64,000 bases of DNA from Rhynchopus sp. YZ270_cl-10 (taxonomy: Eukaryota), in NCBI GenBank assembly GCA_964035575.1, contig OZ037844.1, positions 434,001 to 498,000 of the forward strand, given 5' to 3'. Below the pieces are notes generated by a model. That model was not told the DNA's origin, did not search any database, and saw only the letters and a list, made by a program, of their open reading frames with translations. Shown here piece by piece: positions 34,493 through 46,510 of this stretch; within the stretch, counting starts at the first letter, position 1; every line of letters starts with the position of its first letter. Both the position numbers and the translations under genes were made by a program.

Positions 34493-35273
34493 TTTTCAAA
34501 AAAAAAAAGATCAAAATAAAAAAAAAACTTCAGAAAAAAAGCGAGAAGGAGAAGGAGAGAGAGAGAGGAGAGAAAAAAGGAGTGGAAAGAGGGAAGGGTA
34601 TCCCCTCTTGTGTTATCGCCCCGTTGCAGCAAAGGGGGGGGAGGTGGGGGAAGTGGTTTTTTTTTTGAAGTTTTGAAGAGAAACAAAGAAACACTAAGAA
34701 AAGACGGATGGTTCTGAGGGTGGGAGGAGGTTGGGTGTGAGAAGGGGAAAGAATGGGGGTAATTTTGTAAGTCAATGTGCGAAAGGGTTGAAAAAAAAAA
34801 AGGGGGTGTGAGGATTTACGGAGAATGTCAAAAAATGTTTTGAAAAAAAAAAAAATATGAAAAATGAAAAACAAAAACATAAGAGAGAATATCTTGTTCG
34901 ACCTGATAAAGGAAAACAAGATGCAATAAAGCAAACCCGGCAGTTTCACAACATAGTTGTGCAAACCTTTGTGCTAGAGAGATGTGGTTTTTTTTCTTTC
35001 CGAGTCTCGACAAAATGTGAAATGAAATTTCGATATTTTCAAAATCTATTTCGACATCTCAATATTCCCGCTTGAGAAGAATAATATAGAAACCGACTTC
35101 AGGCACGAGAGAAGTATAAAAAAAAAGACGAGCAAGGAGGGAACTGACTTTTATTGTTCGCCGCTCCGCAATCCGCAACTGTTTGTGTCTTTTATTTCCA
35201 CACTATACGGTGCTGATTATGGCAACAGAATAGTTTATACGAACCCACGCCCTCTGCTTCGTCTTCTTATGCA

Positions 35274-35543
35274 CAGCATCAGCATCAGCATCAGCATCAG
35301 CATCAGCATCAGCATCAGCATCAGCATCAGCATCAGCATCAGCATCAGCATCAGCATCAGCATCAGCATCAGCATCAGCATCAGCATCAGCATCAGCATC
35401 AGCATCAGCATCAGCATCAGCATCAGCATCAGCATCAGCATCAGCATCAGCATCAGCATCAGCATCAGCATCAGCATCAGCATCAGCATCAGCATCAGCA
35501 TCAGCATCAGCATCAGCATCAGCATCAGCATCAGCATCAGCAT
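35274..35543. repeat. Perfect (CAGCAT)45 microsatellite
   Basis: 270 bp of uninterrupted hexamer, ending 65 bp past the stop of the minus-strand gene at 35609. Confidence 0.97.
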
Positions 35544-35608
35544 CAGCAGCACACTCACCACATGCATGAGGCAGCCTGACTCTAGCAATGTCGCCACACA
35601 CCCTGCCT

Positions 35609-36859
35609 TCACGAACACACACACCCACTGCAGCATGACTCCGTTGCCACAACAGTTCGCTTCAAGGGAAGGGGAAGGGGACGAGGGGGCACGACCTCTG
35701 CTGGGGGATCATGCTGCAGGTCCGCCTGCTCTGAATCCGATACCTGCATGTTGATAGCAGCTATGTCGAGCACCGAGGTGACGTTTCCGACAACTAGCAA
35801 CTTACGCCCGTCTGTCGAGGCATGCACAGACCACGCGTGGTCTACGTAGGTGCGTCTCATGGGGGCTCCACTGCGTGCGTCCCACTGCTGCACACTACTG
35901 GTAAAGGCCGTGAAGAGGTACCGCGAGCGGGCACAGAAGCAGGCACCATGTATAGCGTCCCCGCGATCGCGCAGTGTGCAGAGGGCCTGCCCGGAGACGA
36001 TGTCGATGGTGCGGACTGAGGTTGAGCTGCGCTTACCGCGCTTGCTGCCACAGCTCAACACTGCAAGGCTTGCGTCGGGCGAGAACGACGGCCGCAAATA
36101 GAACGACACACCCAGCCCTGTGTCCACACGGTGCACCAGACGCAGCTCAGGGGTGTCCAGACGGTACACCCCAACAGTCGGATATCCATTGCTCAAGAAC
36201 AGCGTCTCGCAGGGTGACACTGCAAAGGAATAACCACACTCATCAATGGTACGCATCTTCACCCCGTCGCAGGAGTACTGTACGATCTGCTTACTGGTCC
36301 CAATCAGCACCGTCTCGGTGACCCGCATGGCCACAAGCCTCTCAACCTCGCGTGCCATAAGGACCACAACCTCTGCACTGTTGTCCCGTGGTCTAAAGTA
36401 CACAGCATTGCTCTGCGCACGACAGCAGACGATGTAGTGTGGCATGAGAACCACCTTGAACCGAGGTCCGCCACTGAACGGGAGAGGTGTGACCTCGGTG
36501 GTGGCGAGGTTGATGGTGACGGCGTGTTTGCCACCCAACACGAGTGTGTCCTCGCATACGTCTCCGACGGAGGCTCTCACAGTATAACGCCTCGGCACCC
36601 ACTCACCACTGTCCTGCTTCCTTCTGCTCACATAGACAGTCCCGCCTGCGCACAGTGCGGTGTGGGCAATCAGAACCTCCGGTGCCAGCACCTCACCATC
36701 AGCATCGTCAACGCACAGCTCCACTGCCTCGGCCGACACCACGCTCTGTGGGTACAACACCGCAACAGCGCGCTCCTGCAGATCTGCAGCACTGCAACCC
36801 TCCCCCACCTCTGCAGCACAGCGTTGTCCAGATGTTGTGCATTCAAACCATATATCCAT
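35609..36859 (-). CDS. Ubiquitin-like N-terminus + WD40/beta-propeller-like domain + Cys-rich C-terminal tail
   Basis: First ATG gives MDIWF with a beta-beta-alpha Ubl-like pattern. Propeller motifs: [28 protein letters not shown]. Ends SCCSGCVCS. Confidence 0.7.
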   Translation of the reverse strand: MDIWFECTTSGQRCAAEVGEGCSAADLQERAVAVLYPQSVVSAEAVELCVDDADGEVLAPEVLIAHTALCAGGTVYVSRRKQDSGEWVPRRYTVRASVGDVCEDTLVLGGKHAVTINLATTEVTPLPFSGGPRFKVVLMPHYIVCCRAQSNAVYFRPRDNSAEVVVLMAREVERLVAMRVTETVLIGTSKQIVQYSCDGVKMRTIDECGYSFAVSPCETLFLSNGYPTVGVYRLDTPELRLVHRVDTGLGVSFYLRPSFSPDASLAVLSCGSKRGKRSSTSVRTIDIVSGQALCTLRDRGDAIHGACFCARSRYLFTAFTSSVQQWDARSGAPMRRTYVDHAWSVHASTDGRKLLVVGNVTSVLDIAAINMQVSDSEQADLQHDPPAEVVPPRPLPLPLKRTVVATESCCSGCVCS

Positions 36860-38343
36860 TGTGTGGTCACTGTCTGAGAGAGATCTGGAAGAAGCAGGGT
36901 AGAGCTCTGAGTGCCTGGGGGATGTTTGAGTGAGTGAAACAAAGGTTGCTTTTGTAACATGAATGCTCACCTCCTATCTTTACGACCTGCAGAGTGATAC
37001 AGCATAGAGCTAGGTTGATTGAGGTCGAAATGGGTTAGGGTATTTTTGCTGGTGTTTGTTTTGTATTCTTGTTTCAACAATCTTATTCCCTACCCTATGC
37101 ACCGTGGTGGGTGACTTACTGTGAAAGCTAAATGCGAATGTGTTGTGCATCAGGAAGAAAAGAGACAGAGGGGAAAAAGGAGAATTTTTTTTTTGTAAGA
37201 TAAACCTAAGTAACTTTAAAGTTCTTGCAAAAGTGTTTTGCCTATCAAAGAAAGAGCGCTGCTGGAAAGCAAACGCTTTCTTTTTTTCTTCTTTTATTTT
37301 TTTTGTGGGGGACGACAAAAAAAATTGCATGTTCAAAAAGTTATTGTGGATGATGCATATTAGCAATGCTTTGTACGAAGTCCTATCCACTGTTTATTTA
37401 TTTTCCCCCCAGAAAACTCAGAATCCGTATCTGTATGGACACACAGATTGGGGACGTGGTAATTACCCTTTTCAGCTATTTCTTTAGTTCAAACAAAAAA
37501 CCCCGTCACCTACTGAAGGGTTGGCACACACCAACACCTTTATTTGAAAACATGGTTGTATTAGTGTAGCCACCCTGTGTGTTGTTCCACTATTAATTCA
37601 TTTCCCCACCTCCCCCAAGCAGTGTTGGATTTCGGCTAAAGGGGGGACAGTTACTATTTGCTATTTTTATGAGCGAATGACAACCCGGGATGCAAATAGT
37701 AAAATGAAAATCAAATAATAAATTTAACATCCCTTTCGCCCTGCACCGTGATAACCCAACACCACCCAACATTCTTAAAGGAGCCCCCCATTTTTTAGTA
37801 ATTGTTGCAACCCTCCATTGTTCTTTGTGTAAAACGTCGGAATGCAATAATCACATACAAAGTTTTGTCTTTTCTGCAAAAGCGTGCCCTCCGTTCCGCC
37901 CCCATACCACTAATTTTGTTGGATCGACGATCGGCGAAAAAAATAATCTTAGCAAACGTCTTCCAGGAGACGTTAAAAGGAGGGGGTGGTGTTCTTCCCT
38001 TACCCATTCAGTGTCAGGCTGTAGAATTCCTTCGTAATTGCTGTAAAGGCGTTTATTTTCAGAAGTCTTCAAGATGGCCATTTGAATCGATAAAATTTGT
38101 GTATCACAACACCAAAACTAACACTAAAAAGTTTGACTTTAAAACAACAAACTGAGTTACTCTCTCTTTTTATTCGCAGGGAGGCACCTAAACCATATCA
38201 ATAATTAGCCTCCCCTCAATATGGCGGGTAGAAGTGAGAGGTGGGCTATACTCCGTGCAGGCGTTACCCACTCTAAATATGTTATCAAACACACCACAAG
38301 CCTTTGTACCTTGGTATGGCATCAAAAAAAATATCGCACACAC

Positions 38344-38529
38344 CTTGAAATTCGACGGGATATTCAGAAGTGGAGGTGGGGCCCGTCGTTTGTAGATTAG
38401 TGTTGATATCGGCGTCTCTTCGTCGCTGGCATTGTCGTGTCCACACACACCCCCAGCCACGTGGTACGGGGCAAACGATGGGGGTGCCGAGTCGCGAGGG
38501 CTGTCTAGGTTTGAACAGCAAAGACCCAT
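38344..38529 (-). CDS. Small protein or first exon with an N-myristoylation/palmitoylation motif
   Basis: Starts MGLCCS. Plausible donor AAG|GTGTGT at 38344/38343; otherwise the ORF runs to 38188. Confidence 0.5.
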
Positions 38530-39563
38530 TTAGTACTCTATCTGTTCAGCCTTTTTACCTTTTTGTTGAAATGGGGTCAAAAAAAAATGAGAGGAAATTA
38601 AAGGAAAGAATTGTCCCTCCAAAAAATCCTGAAAAATCCTGAAAGGTCGAACATTAGTACGGTCGATAATTTGTACGAATACGGTACCTCCTGGGATATG
38701 CCAGTGATCACACGGCCGACTATGGGTGGGTCGCTTGAGCACCATCCATTTTCGGGACAGGTTCATTCGGCAGGTGAGTTGTTACACACTCATTATCTCT
38801 AGAGACGCAAAAGGGTGGGAATTGAGTTAAGGAAATTGTTAGAGAAAAAAAAATGATGGGCGCTATTTTTTTTGTACCAATGAAAAAAAGGGCAAGGCAA
38901 AGGCAGTCTCTGGCACCTTCTCGTTTTATGTTTGCAAAAAAGAAACGAGAGCAGGGGGAGGGGAAGTGAGGAATGGGTAGTGACAAATAAACGTACATCC
39001 ACTGGACCATGCATGTCATTAATTTTTTTTTTTTTGAGCGAGAGTACAAACTAACAAACTCTCCTGTTTTCGTTTCCCGTTTTTCCTATGTGGGTGAAGA
39101 TAGGCCTTCATCATAGCTATTGACACTGTAGTATTTGTTTGTACAACTGCTTTTTGGCACCTGTGAAGGCCGCCAAGAAGACAGCGAGAGACTGCTATTT
39201 TAAAATATACATTTTTTGGCGGAAAAAAAAATTGGTCCGACAGACCCCACGACTGCCCCGGAAGAAAGAAAAACTAGCAAGAAAAAAAAAACAAAAAGTC
39301 TGCAAAGTAAATGACAGATCGTTTGAACAGCAGGGCAGAGGGGAGCCGAAGGGGGCAAAAAAGGGGCAAAAAACAAAAAAGATCCAGTTCCCAGAGTTTT
39401 TACATCGGGGATCTAACAACAGGGTCAGGCGAAACCCACTACAAGAATAAAGTGTAAATTGGATGAAAAAAACAGCGGGGAACTTTGGAGGGAAACAAAA
39501 AAAAAGAGACGAAGATGAACCTAAGCTGATCTTTATATAAGTTTTTTCCATCACACCCCTATT

Positions 39564-40712
39564 CTACACACAAACTTCCCCTATTTTGCGTTTTAGCGTT
39601 TGCAGGTTTTGTTCTGAAACCTCATACGTCTCTGGGGACTCTGTGTGTTTTCCGCGTACAGTGAGGCGGTCATTGTGTATCATGGGGGATTGTGTGATGA
39701 GGGGGGAAACTGCGCCAAAGGTGACCCGATCACTTTTTGCGGCCACTCCTTCGAAGTGAGCTGAGCGTTGCTGAAGGAGGATGTCATGCCGTTCAGCTAC
39801 CTGGGCTTGGCACTGCCCCTTTGCTCGCGCCTGAGCCTTGACAGACGCTATCCTCCCGAGACGGTGTTCCTTCGCCCGCCTCGCCCGCTCCTCTGACAAA
39901 CTCAGCCAATCAAATCTCTCGACAGGCGCCTTCCCACCCCTCCCCAACGACACCAACTTCGGCGCCCCTACACCACCGCACTTCCCCATCTCGTGCAGCA
40001 CCCCACTCCCCCAAGACTCCCCTTGCTGTGCGACCTCCAACACATGCTTCACCTTAGATTTATGCAAAACAATTCCATGGTTTTCTGGACAATTAAACAG
40101 CCGTTTATACTGGCAAGGTACAGCGGAGGACCCTGCGGCGGAAGGCGCCATCGACCCGGGAGGGGTCGACGACCTCCCCCCCGCAGACGCGTTCCTCAGC
40201 GACGGAATGCTTCGTTTGATAGACGAACGGCGCTGCTGTGGGGGGTGCTCTTCGGGTTGGGGTGGTGGTGGGTGTGTTCCTGTTGTGTTGCCTCGCGGCT
40301 CGCACAGTACGACTCCGATATGGGTCTGTCGACTCCCATGTGGTCGTCCCACCCACGCTACAACGCCTCTACCATGCGCAGCAGTGTCCACCACCTGCCC
40401 GACCCGAAAGACCACCCCACAGGAGTTCTTAATCTGCCTCTGCCGTTGCGTCTCCGAGCAGCCAATGCGGTAGCGCAGCACCTCGCAGATGTGGTTGCTG
40501 TGTTCGTTGCGTGCACGGTCATAAAGTCTATGTTGGTTGGTATTCGCTTCACGAACAGACCCAGGGGCGCTGGACCAGACCGTGGTGTGTGTGGTGGCCG
40601 TGGTCGTGCTTGTCAGAGGACCAGGGTGGTATTCGTACGGATACGTCTGTCGATTGGTAGTTGTGTCCTGTAGGTATCCTTCATCAGGGCGAGGGGGAGG
40701 CAGTGGGTCCAT
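39564..40712 (-). CDS. CAP-Gly domain protein
   Basis: FRVGQVV....GRGVVAWVG......HIGVVLCEPRGNTTGT...KRLFNCPENHGIVL. The 3' end may be spliced (GAA|GTTTGT). Confidence 0.8.
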   Translation of the reverse strand: MDPLPPPRPDEGYLQDTTTNRQTYPYEYHPGPLTSTTTATTHTTVWSSAPGSVREANTNQHRLYDRARNEHSNHICEVLRYRIGCSETQRQRQIKNSCGVVFRVGQVVDTAAHGRGVVAWVGRPHGSRQTHIGVVLCEPRGNTTGTHPPPPQPEEHPPQQRRSSIKRSIPSLRNASAGGRSSTPPGSMAPSAAGSSAVPCQYKRLFNCPENHGIVLHKSKVKHVLEVAQQGESWGSGVLHEMGKCGGVGAPKLVSLGRGGKAPVERFDWLSLSEERARRAKEHRLGRIASVKAQARAKGQCQAQVAERHDILLQQRSAHFEGVAAKSDRVTFGAVSPLITQSPMIHNDRLTVRGKHTESPETYEVSEQNLQTLKRKIGEVCV

Positions 40713-41278
40713 ATGTGTCTGCAGCGTTTAAGAAGTGGGGTCGGGGGGGAGAAAGTTGGTGAGGGGATGATATGGTGGGAATCAGAACGGTGTACAGAAG
40801 GAAAAGAGAAAGAAATAGAAAGAGTGTAAGGTGAGTGGTGGGTGGTCCCCTGAACTGCCTTCCCCTGAACAGCCACAGTGGAAAATGGGTGGTTGTGGAA
40901 GTCTCCCTCCTGAGGGTGGTGGTGGGAATCTATCTGAGACGAGGAGGTGAGGGAGGGGGGTCTGTAAAGATAAAAACATCAGTCTTGTTCATGTTCATAA
41001 TGTATTTGCGTACCCCAACCCTCTATCAAAGAAATAAGTTTACGTACGGTGCAGAGGAGAAAACACACGTTCTCTTATCGACTGATTCTTCTCGTACTCA
41101 CGTCAGATATCAGGGACGAGTAGTGGAAGTGCTCGTACCCCATACTGCCGTCGACGCCTCCAAATAGGCTTTCTGGACCAATCTGCGCATTAGGCAGGCT
41201 TGCTTGCACCTTCGACTGAGCTGGTGTCAACCTTCCTCTGAAGTCTGTTCACCAAATGTGGTCGACGCGTCCACAGCA

Positions 41279-42616
41279 TCATTCTTCTGCACCGCGCTTG
41301 AGGAGAACCTGCTCCACATCTGTATGTTGTTTCTTCCTCGCCCAGTACAACGCAGTGTGGCCCAACAAATTTCTGTAGTTCACATTCACCTTGTTCAAGC
41401 CCACAAGATATCGCACAGTCTCGGTGTGTCCTTTTTGTGCCGCAAGGGTAAGACATGTGTTTCCGGGGTTGTTGTCTGCCACACTCACGTCCGCACCGGC
41501 GTTCACCAACATCTTCACAATGTCGAGTTCCCCACCCGCACAAGCATAGTGAAGAGGTGTGCATCCCCGTCCATTGTAGAAATGTACATTCTTTGCATCG
41601 ATGTCTGCACCTGCATCAATGAGCAGCTGCACCACATCTAGGTGCTGCCGCATCGCTGCGTGGTGCAGTGGAGTGTTGCCGCTGTTATCTGACTGATTCA
41701 CGTCCACCTCAGGCATGCACAGAAGAGTACGCACAGTCTCGGTGTGTCCAAAGGTGGCTGCAAGCATAAGGCATGTGAGTCCTTTGTCGTCTGTGACACA
41801 CACTCCCGCACCTGCTCTGGCCAACACCTCCACAACACGGAGATGCCCAAAGCTGCTCGCCGCGAGGAGTGGCGAACCGTCCTCATTCACCTCGATATCA
41901 GCCCCTGCATCAATGAGCACCTCCACCACATCTGCATGGTTTCGAAGCAGATTTCGACGACGTGCGACACGGAACAACGCGTGTTCAGCTTTGTGATTCA
42001 CGTCCACATCCTTCAAGCCCACAAGATAGCGCACAATCTCGGTGTGTCCAAAATAGGCAGCAAGATTAAGACATGTGCAGTCACACACGGTGACACGTAC
42101 TGCCGCACCTGCTTCCACCAACATCTTCACAACTGCGAGTGCTCCTGAACAGCAAGACCAGTGCAGAGGCGGACGTCCCATGCCGTCTTCTATCTCGATG
42201 TCTGCCCCTGCATCAATGAGCACCTGACACACTGCAGGGTCCTTCCACATGGCTGGACAGGCACGGTGCTCCTGCCCGTGTGGGACATACGCATCTTTGC
42301 TGCAGACTGACTTCCAATGCTGCAAGAGGACCTCCGTGCACGCAGTGTGGTCTGCGTGGATGCACTCACTCAGCAGCATCCCGAAGCCCATCTGCGTTGT
42401 CTCAACATACGGAAGAAGCAGTGCGAGGCATTCATCGTGGTTCCCTCTGCATGCCTCGTGCACAGCATCGAAGGCAACCGTTTTGCTGTCTGTGTCTGGG
42501 CTGAGCTTCTTAAGTCCCGCCCGCACGGCAGTCGTGTCGCCGTTCCTGGCAGCCTTCACCAAGACCGTGTGCGCGCGTTGTTTCGACGAGGTGAGACCCA
42601 TGGAGTAAATGGTCAA
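41279..42616 (-). CDS. Ankyrin-repeat protein copy 4 (3 modules; different N-terminus, likely start MGLTSS at 42601)
   Basis: Family core present; the NLS-like leader is replaced. Confidence 0.88.
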   Translation of the reverse strand: MTIYSMGLTSSKQRAHTVLVKAARNGDTTAVRAGLKKLSPDTDSKTVAFDAVHEACRGNHDECLALLLPYVETTQMGFGMLLSECIHADHTACTEVLLQHWKSVCSKDAYVPHGQEHRACPAMWKDPAVCQVLIDAGADIEIEDGMGRPPLHWSCCSGALAVVKMLVEAGAAVRVTVCDCTCLNLAAYFGHTEIVRYLVGLKDVDVNHKAEHALFRVARRRNLLRNHADVVEVLIDAGADIEVNEDGSPLLAASSFGHLRVVEVLARAGAGVCVTDDKGLTCLMLAATFGHTETVRTLLCMPEVDVNQSDNSGNTPLHHAAMRQHLDVVQLLIDAGADIDAKNVHFYNGRGCTPLHYACAGGELDIVKMLVNAGADVSVADNNPGNTCLTLAAQKGHTETVRYLVGLNKVNVNYRNLLGHTALYWARKKQHTDVEQVLLKRGAEE

Positions 42617-43351
42617 GCTGACGTGAGTGTTGGAGGTGAGGCAGGTCAGATGTCAGATAAAAACATAAGCCAGTCTTGTTCCTGATCACTACTTGGTATT
42701 GGTGCTCCTGAAAACCCCATTTTGCGTGCCACTCTTTTTTTGTTCTATCCAGAGTAAACCCGGAACCGTGTCCCGGTTGGTGCCGTTTTTCACATCTAGG
42801 ACGTGCGGGTTGCCGTTAAACGGAGGTCACCTCCCCGTTGTTGCTACACAGGGTATACAGACAGCACACCTCAGGGTGTGGCAGCATCGTTTAGGACACT
42901 GGCCTGACTTCAATAGTGGAAACCCTAAAATAAAAGGTCCCCGCGATCAGCTGTTATGCTGGTCGGTGTGTTCGCTAGTAGTTTTCTTTTCAAAATGTTT
43001 CTCTTTCTTTGTCTCGTCTATTTTTCCTGCATTTTTTATTCTCTTCTTTGTACTTTCTTTTGTTTTGGTTGTTAGATACACTCAATCGCCTATCGAGTTT
43101 CTGTGAATAGCACGGAACCCCTTTTATGTGTATCCATGGAAAGACAGTATCATATGTGCTACCGGGGGCAAAAAAAAAAAATTGAAAAAGGTGTCGAGAA
43201 AAAACAAACAACGGACGCACCGTGGTTTCTCTGCGACTGATATTTTGTGGGAGGGGGAGAATAACACATTATGAATAAGCTGCGTTCCCCACTATCGTTT
43301 CCGCTGCGCTCTCACTACGTCACTCCATTCGGTTTTCTCTTGCGACGTAAT

Positions 43352-44357
43352 TAATCATGGGGGGTGAAACATCTTTTCAGATGATGTGGAATCTTTTCAT
43401 CTTTTTCACATCTTGTCACGTCGTGAAAAAAGGAAAAAAAAAAAAAAAAAAAAAAGTGCTCGCACACGATCTGCAGCAGGTCTACTCAATATTTTTTCAG
43501 ATGAGTCACCACCACGGTTCGCACGGATCGCGATCCGTCAATTGCGGTACTTTTCCGGGAAAAACAAAAAAAAAAAAAAGTGGGGTGCGCACGGGGGTCG
43601 CGCTACGCGCCTACCGACTACCGTGGATTTTTGACGATTTTGCTCGGTACGTTTTTCCTTACTAAAACCAGAATCTCATATTTCATAGTAAGAGTATTTC
43701 GGAGTGTTTTTGCACACACACATGTGACCCCACCGTGGAGAGCAATCGGCTCGCGCAATCAAAAGAAAGCAGAGAAAAGGGAAAAAGAAAAAAGACAAAA
43801 GTTGGGTACCGTGCGCCTGCGGCGCTACTGTGTTCCCACTCGATACACCACAATTTCATCTGAAGTTAGGTTTTCAAACCTGAAAATGACCCTTGTTTAC
43901 GAGTATGGGTTCATATTTTGCAAAAATTTAAGTCAATAAAATTTTGTCCATTTTTCCAAAATGACCCCATCACTTTCTGCAATCGCACCGAATCGGACGA
44001 TGCGATCGACAAAAACGCCCAAAAACGGACCCCACACCCCCTTTTTGTGCGTGATTTTGGTCAAAATCACGTGATCTGGGAACATGCTTGTTTTTGACCA
44101 AAGAAAAAAAATTTCTTTGCCCTAAATCGGGCGTGGTAGGTGATACAATGGCCCAAAAAATCTAAAGAAAATCTCAGATTGACTTTTTCTGGAAAAAAAT
44201 TTTCAAGTCAAAATTTCAGCCAAAAATACGGTCATTTTCACCTGATTTTTTTTTTTTTTTTTTTTCACGACGTTTTTTTTTTCACGATCAAGAAACGAAG
44301 TTGTGAGAGATTTCCGAAATTTTAGATCGTGATAAGATCTTTTACCCCCCATGACTA
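43352..44357. mobile_element. ~1-kb non-autonomous TIR element
   Basis: TAATCATGGGGGGTGAAACATCTT / AAGATCTTTTACCCCCCATGACTA; subterminal CGTCGTGAAAAA / TTTTTCACGACG. No clear TSD. Confidence 0.7.
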
Positions 44358-44522
44358 ATAAGCTTCAAAGATGAGCAGTTCGGTGCTCAACACAAAATGG
44401 TGCGAAAACATGTTTCCAGCAAGCAGAGGAGAAAGTCTTGATGCATAAAATATAGGTACTGTGATGCCGTCGAAATATCCTCTGAAGACTGTTCACCAAA
44501 TATGGTCGACGCGTCCACAGCA

Positions 44523-46166
44523 TCATTCTTTTGCACCGTGATCGAGGAGAACGTGCACCACATCCATATGTTTATGCTGTTTCTGCCTCGCATGTTGCAA
44601 CGCTGTGTGGCCGAACAAATTCTTCTGATTCACGTCCACCTCCGGCAAGCCCGCAAGATAGCGCACAGTCTCGGTGTATCCATAACTCACTGCAAGGATA
44701 AGACACGTCCGTCCGTGGTCGTCCTGCACACTCACGTCCGCTCCTGCTTTGACCAACATCTTCACAGTGTCGAGTTCCCCACGCACAGTACAAGCACAGT
44801 GAAGAGCTCCTGCATCGATGTCTGCCCCTGCATCAATGAGCACCTGCACCACATCTGAGTGCTTATGTGCCACTGCGCGGTGCAGTGGAGTGAAGCCTTG
44901 CGTATTTGACTGATTCACGTCCACCCCCTTAACTCCAACAAGATAGCGCACAATCTGAGTGCGTCCATATTTAGCAGCAACATTGAGGCATGATACCCTC
45001 TTGTCGTCCACCGCACACACGTCCGCACCAGCAGCCAACAACATCTGCACAATTTCGAGTTCTGGTTCCTCACAAGCACAATGAAGAGGTGTGCTTCCTC
45101 TATCATCCTTTGCATCGATGTCTGCCCCTGCATCAATGAGCAACTTCGACACATCTGAGTGCTTCTGTAACACTGCGTGGTGCAGTGAAGAGCCGCTCCT
45201 GTTATTTGACTGATTCACATCCACCTCAGGCATGCACAGAAGAGCACGCACAGTCTTGGTGTGTCCGTAATGCGCCGCAAGGGAAAGACATGTGTCCGCT
45301 CTGTTGTCTGCGACACACACCCCCGCACCTGCTCTGACCAACGTCTTCACAATCGGGAGATGCCCAAACTCGCTCGCCACGAGGAGTGGCGAAAGTCCGT
45401 GCTTATCCTTCACCTCGATGTCTGCACCTGCATCAATGAGCACCTCCACCACATCGGGATGGCCTTCCTCAGCTGCATGGAGCAACGCAGTGTAGCCATC
45501 GGTATCCTTGTGGTTCACATCCACCTTGTTCAAGCCCACAAGATAGCGCACAGTCTCGGTGTGTCCAGATCCTGCAGCCAGACGAAGACGCGTGCTTCCT
45601 TCCTTTGCTGTGGCACACACTCCCGCACCTGATTCGACCAACATCTTCACAACATCGAGTGCTCCTGAACAGCAAGACCAGTGCAGAGGCGAATGTCCCA
45701 TGTCATCCTTTGTCTCGATGTCTGCCCCTGCATCAATGAGCACCTGACACACTGCAGGGTCCTCCCACATGGCTGGACAGGGTCGGTCTTTCTTGTCCTC
45801 CTGCCCGTGTGGGACAAACGCAACGTTGCTGCAGACTGACTTCCAATGCTGCAAGAGGACCTCCGTGCACGCAGTGTGGTCTGCGTGGATGCACTCACTC
45901 AGCAGCATCCCGAAGCCCATCTGCGTTGTCTCAACATACGGAAGAAGCAGTGCGAGGCATTCATCGTGGTCCCCTCTGCATGCCTCGTGCACAGCATCGA
46001 AGGCAACCGTTTCGCTGTCTGTGTCTGGGCTGAGCTTCTCAAGTCCCACCCGCACGGCAGTCGTGTCGCCGTTCCTGGCAGCCTCCACCAAGACCTCATC
46101 TGCAGAAAGTGTTGTGCTGTGTGGTGTCTTCTCGTCAGGTGTGCTGTCTGCGTGTCGCTTCGACAT
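44523..46166 (-). CDS. Ankyrin-repeat protein copy 5 (547 aa, 4 modules; PHSTTL replaces PKRRKL)
   Basis: Ankyrin consensus; intact ORF. Confidence 0.92.
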   Translation of the reverse strand: MSKRHADSTPDEKTPHSTTLSADEVLVEAARNGDTTAVRVGLEKLSPDTDSETVAFDAVHEACRGDHDECLALLLPYVETTQMGFGMLLSECIHADHTACTEVLLQHWKSVCSNVAFVPHGQEDKKDRPCPAMWEDPAVCQVLIDAGADIETKDDMGHSPLHWSCCSGALDVVKMLVESGAGVCATAKEGSTRLRLAAGSGHTETVRYLVGLNKVDVNHKDTDGYTALLHAAEEGHPDVVEVLIDAGADIEVKDKHGLSPLLVASEFGHLPIVKTLVRAGAGVCVADNRADTCLSLAAHYGHTKTVRALLCMPEVDVNQSNNRSGSSLHHAVLQKHSDVSKLLIDAGADIDAKDDRGSTPLHCACEEPELEIVQMLLAAGADVCAVDDKRVSCLNVAAKYGRTQIVRYLVGVKGVDVNQSNTQGFTPLHRAVAHKHSDVVQVLIDAGADIDAGALHCACTVRGELDTVKMLVKAGADVSVQDDHGRTCLILAVSYGYTETVRYLAGLPEVDVNQKNLFGHTALQHARQKQHKHMDVVHVLLDHGAKE

Positions 46167-46510
46167 GGTTTGTGAAGATGTTGATATTCAATGTTGTGTC
46201 TTTTATGCTGTTTCTTTTTGTGGAGGTTGTGAGGTGAGTGTGGGTGTCCCTGAACTGCCTCCCACCCCAGACAAGCACAGCCACAGTGGAAACGGGGTGG
46301 TGTGGAAGTCTCCCTCCTGAGGGTGGTGGTGGGTATCTATCTTGCTTGAGACGAGGGGGTGAGGGAGGGGGTCTGTAAGATAAAAACGTGTTTCAGGTCA
46401 TTGCACAGTAGTATTCAAAAGGGTAGACATTATCAATCATTCTCCTATTCATGGCGTGGATCTTGTGTACCTTCCTCTGAAGACTGTTCATAGTCGACGC
46501 GTCCACAGCA

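Noticed and set aside
35185..35754. Poly-SI, poly-AD and poly-ML ORFs
   Set aside because: Artefacts of a stop-free hexamer microsatellite.
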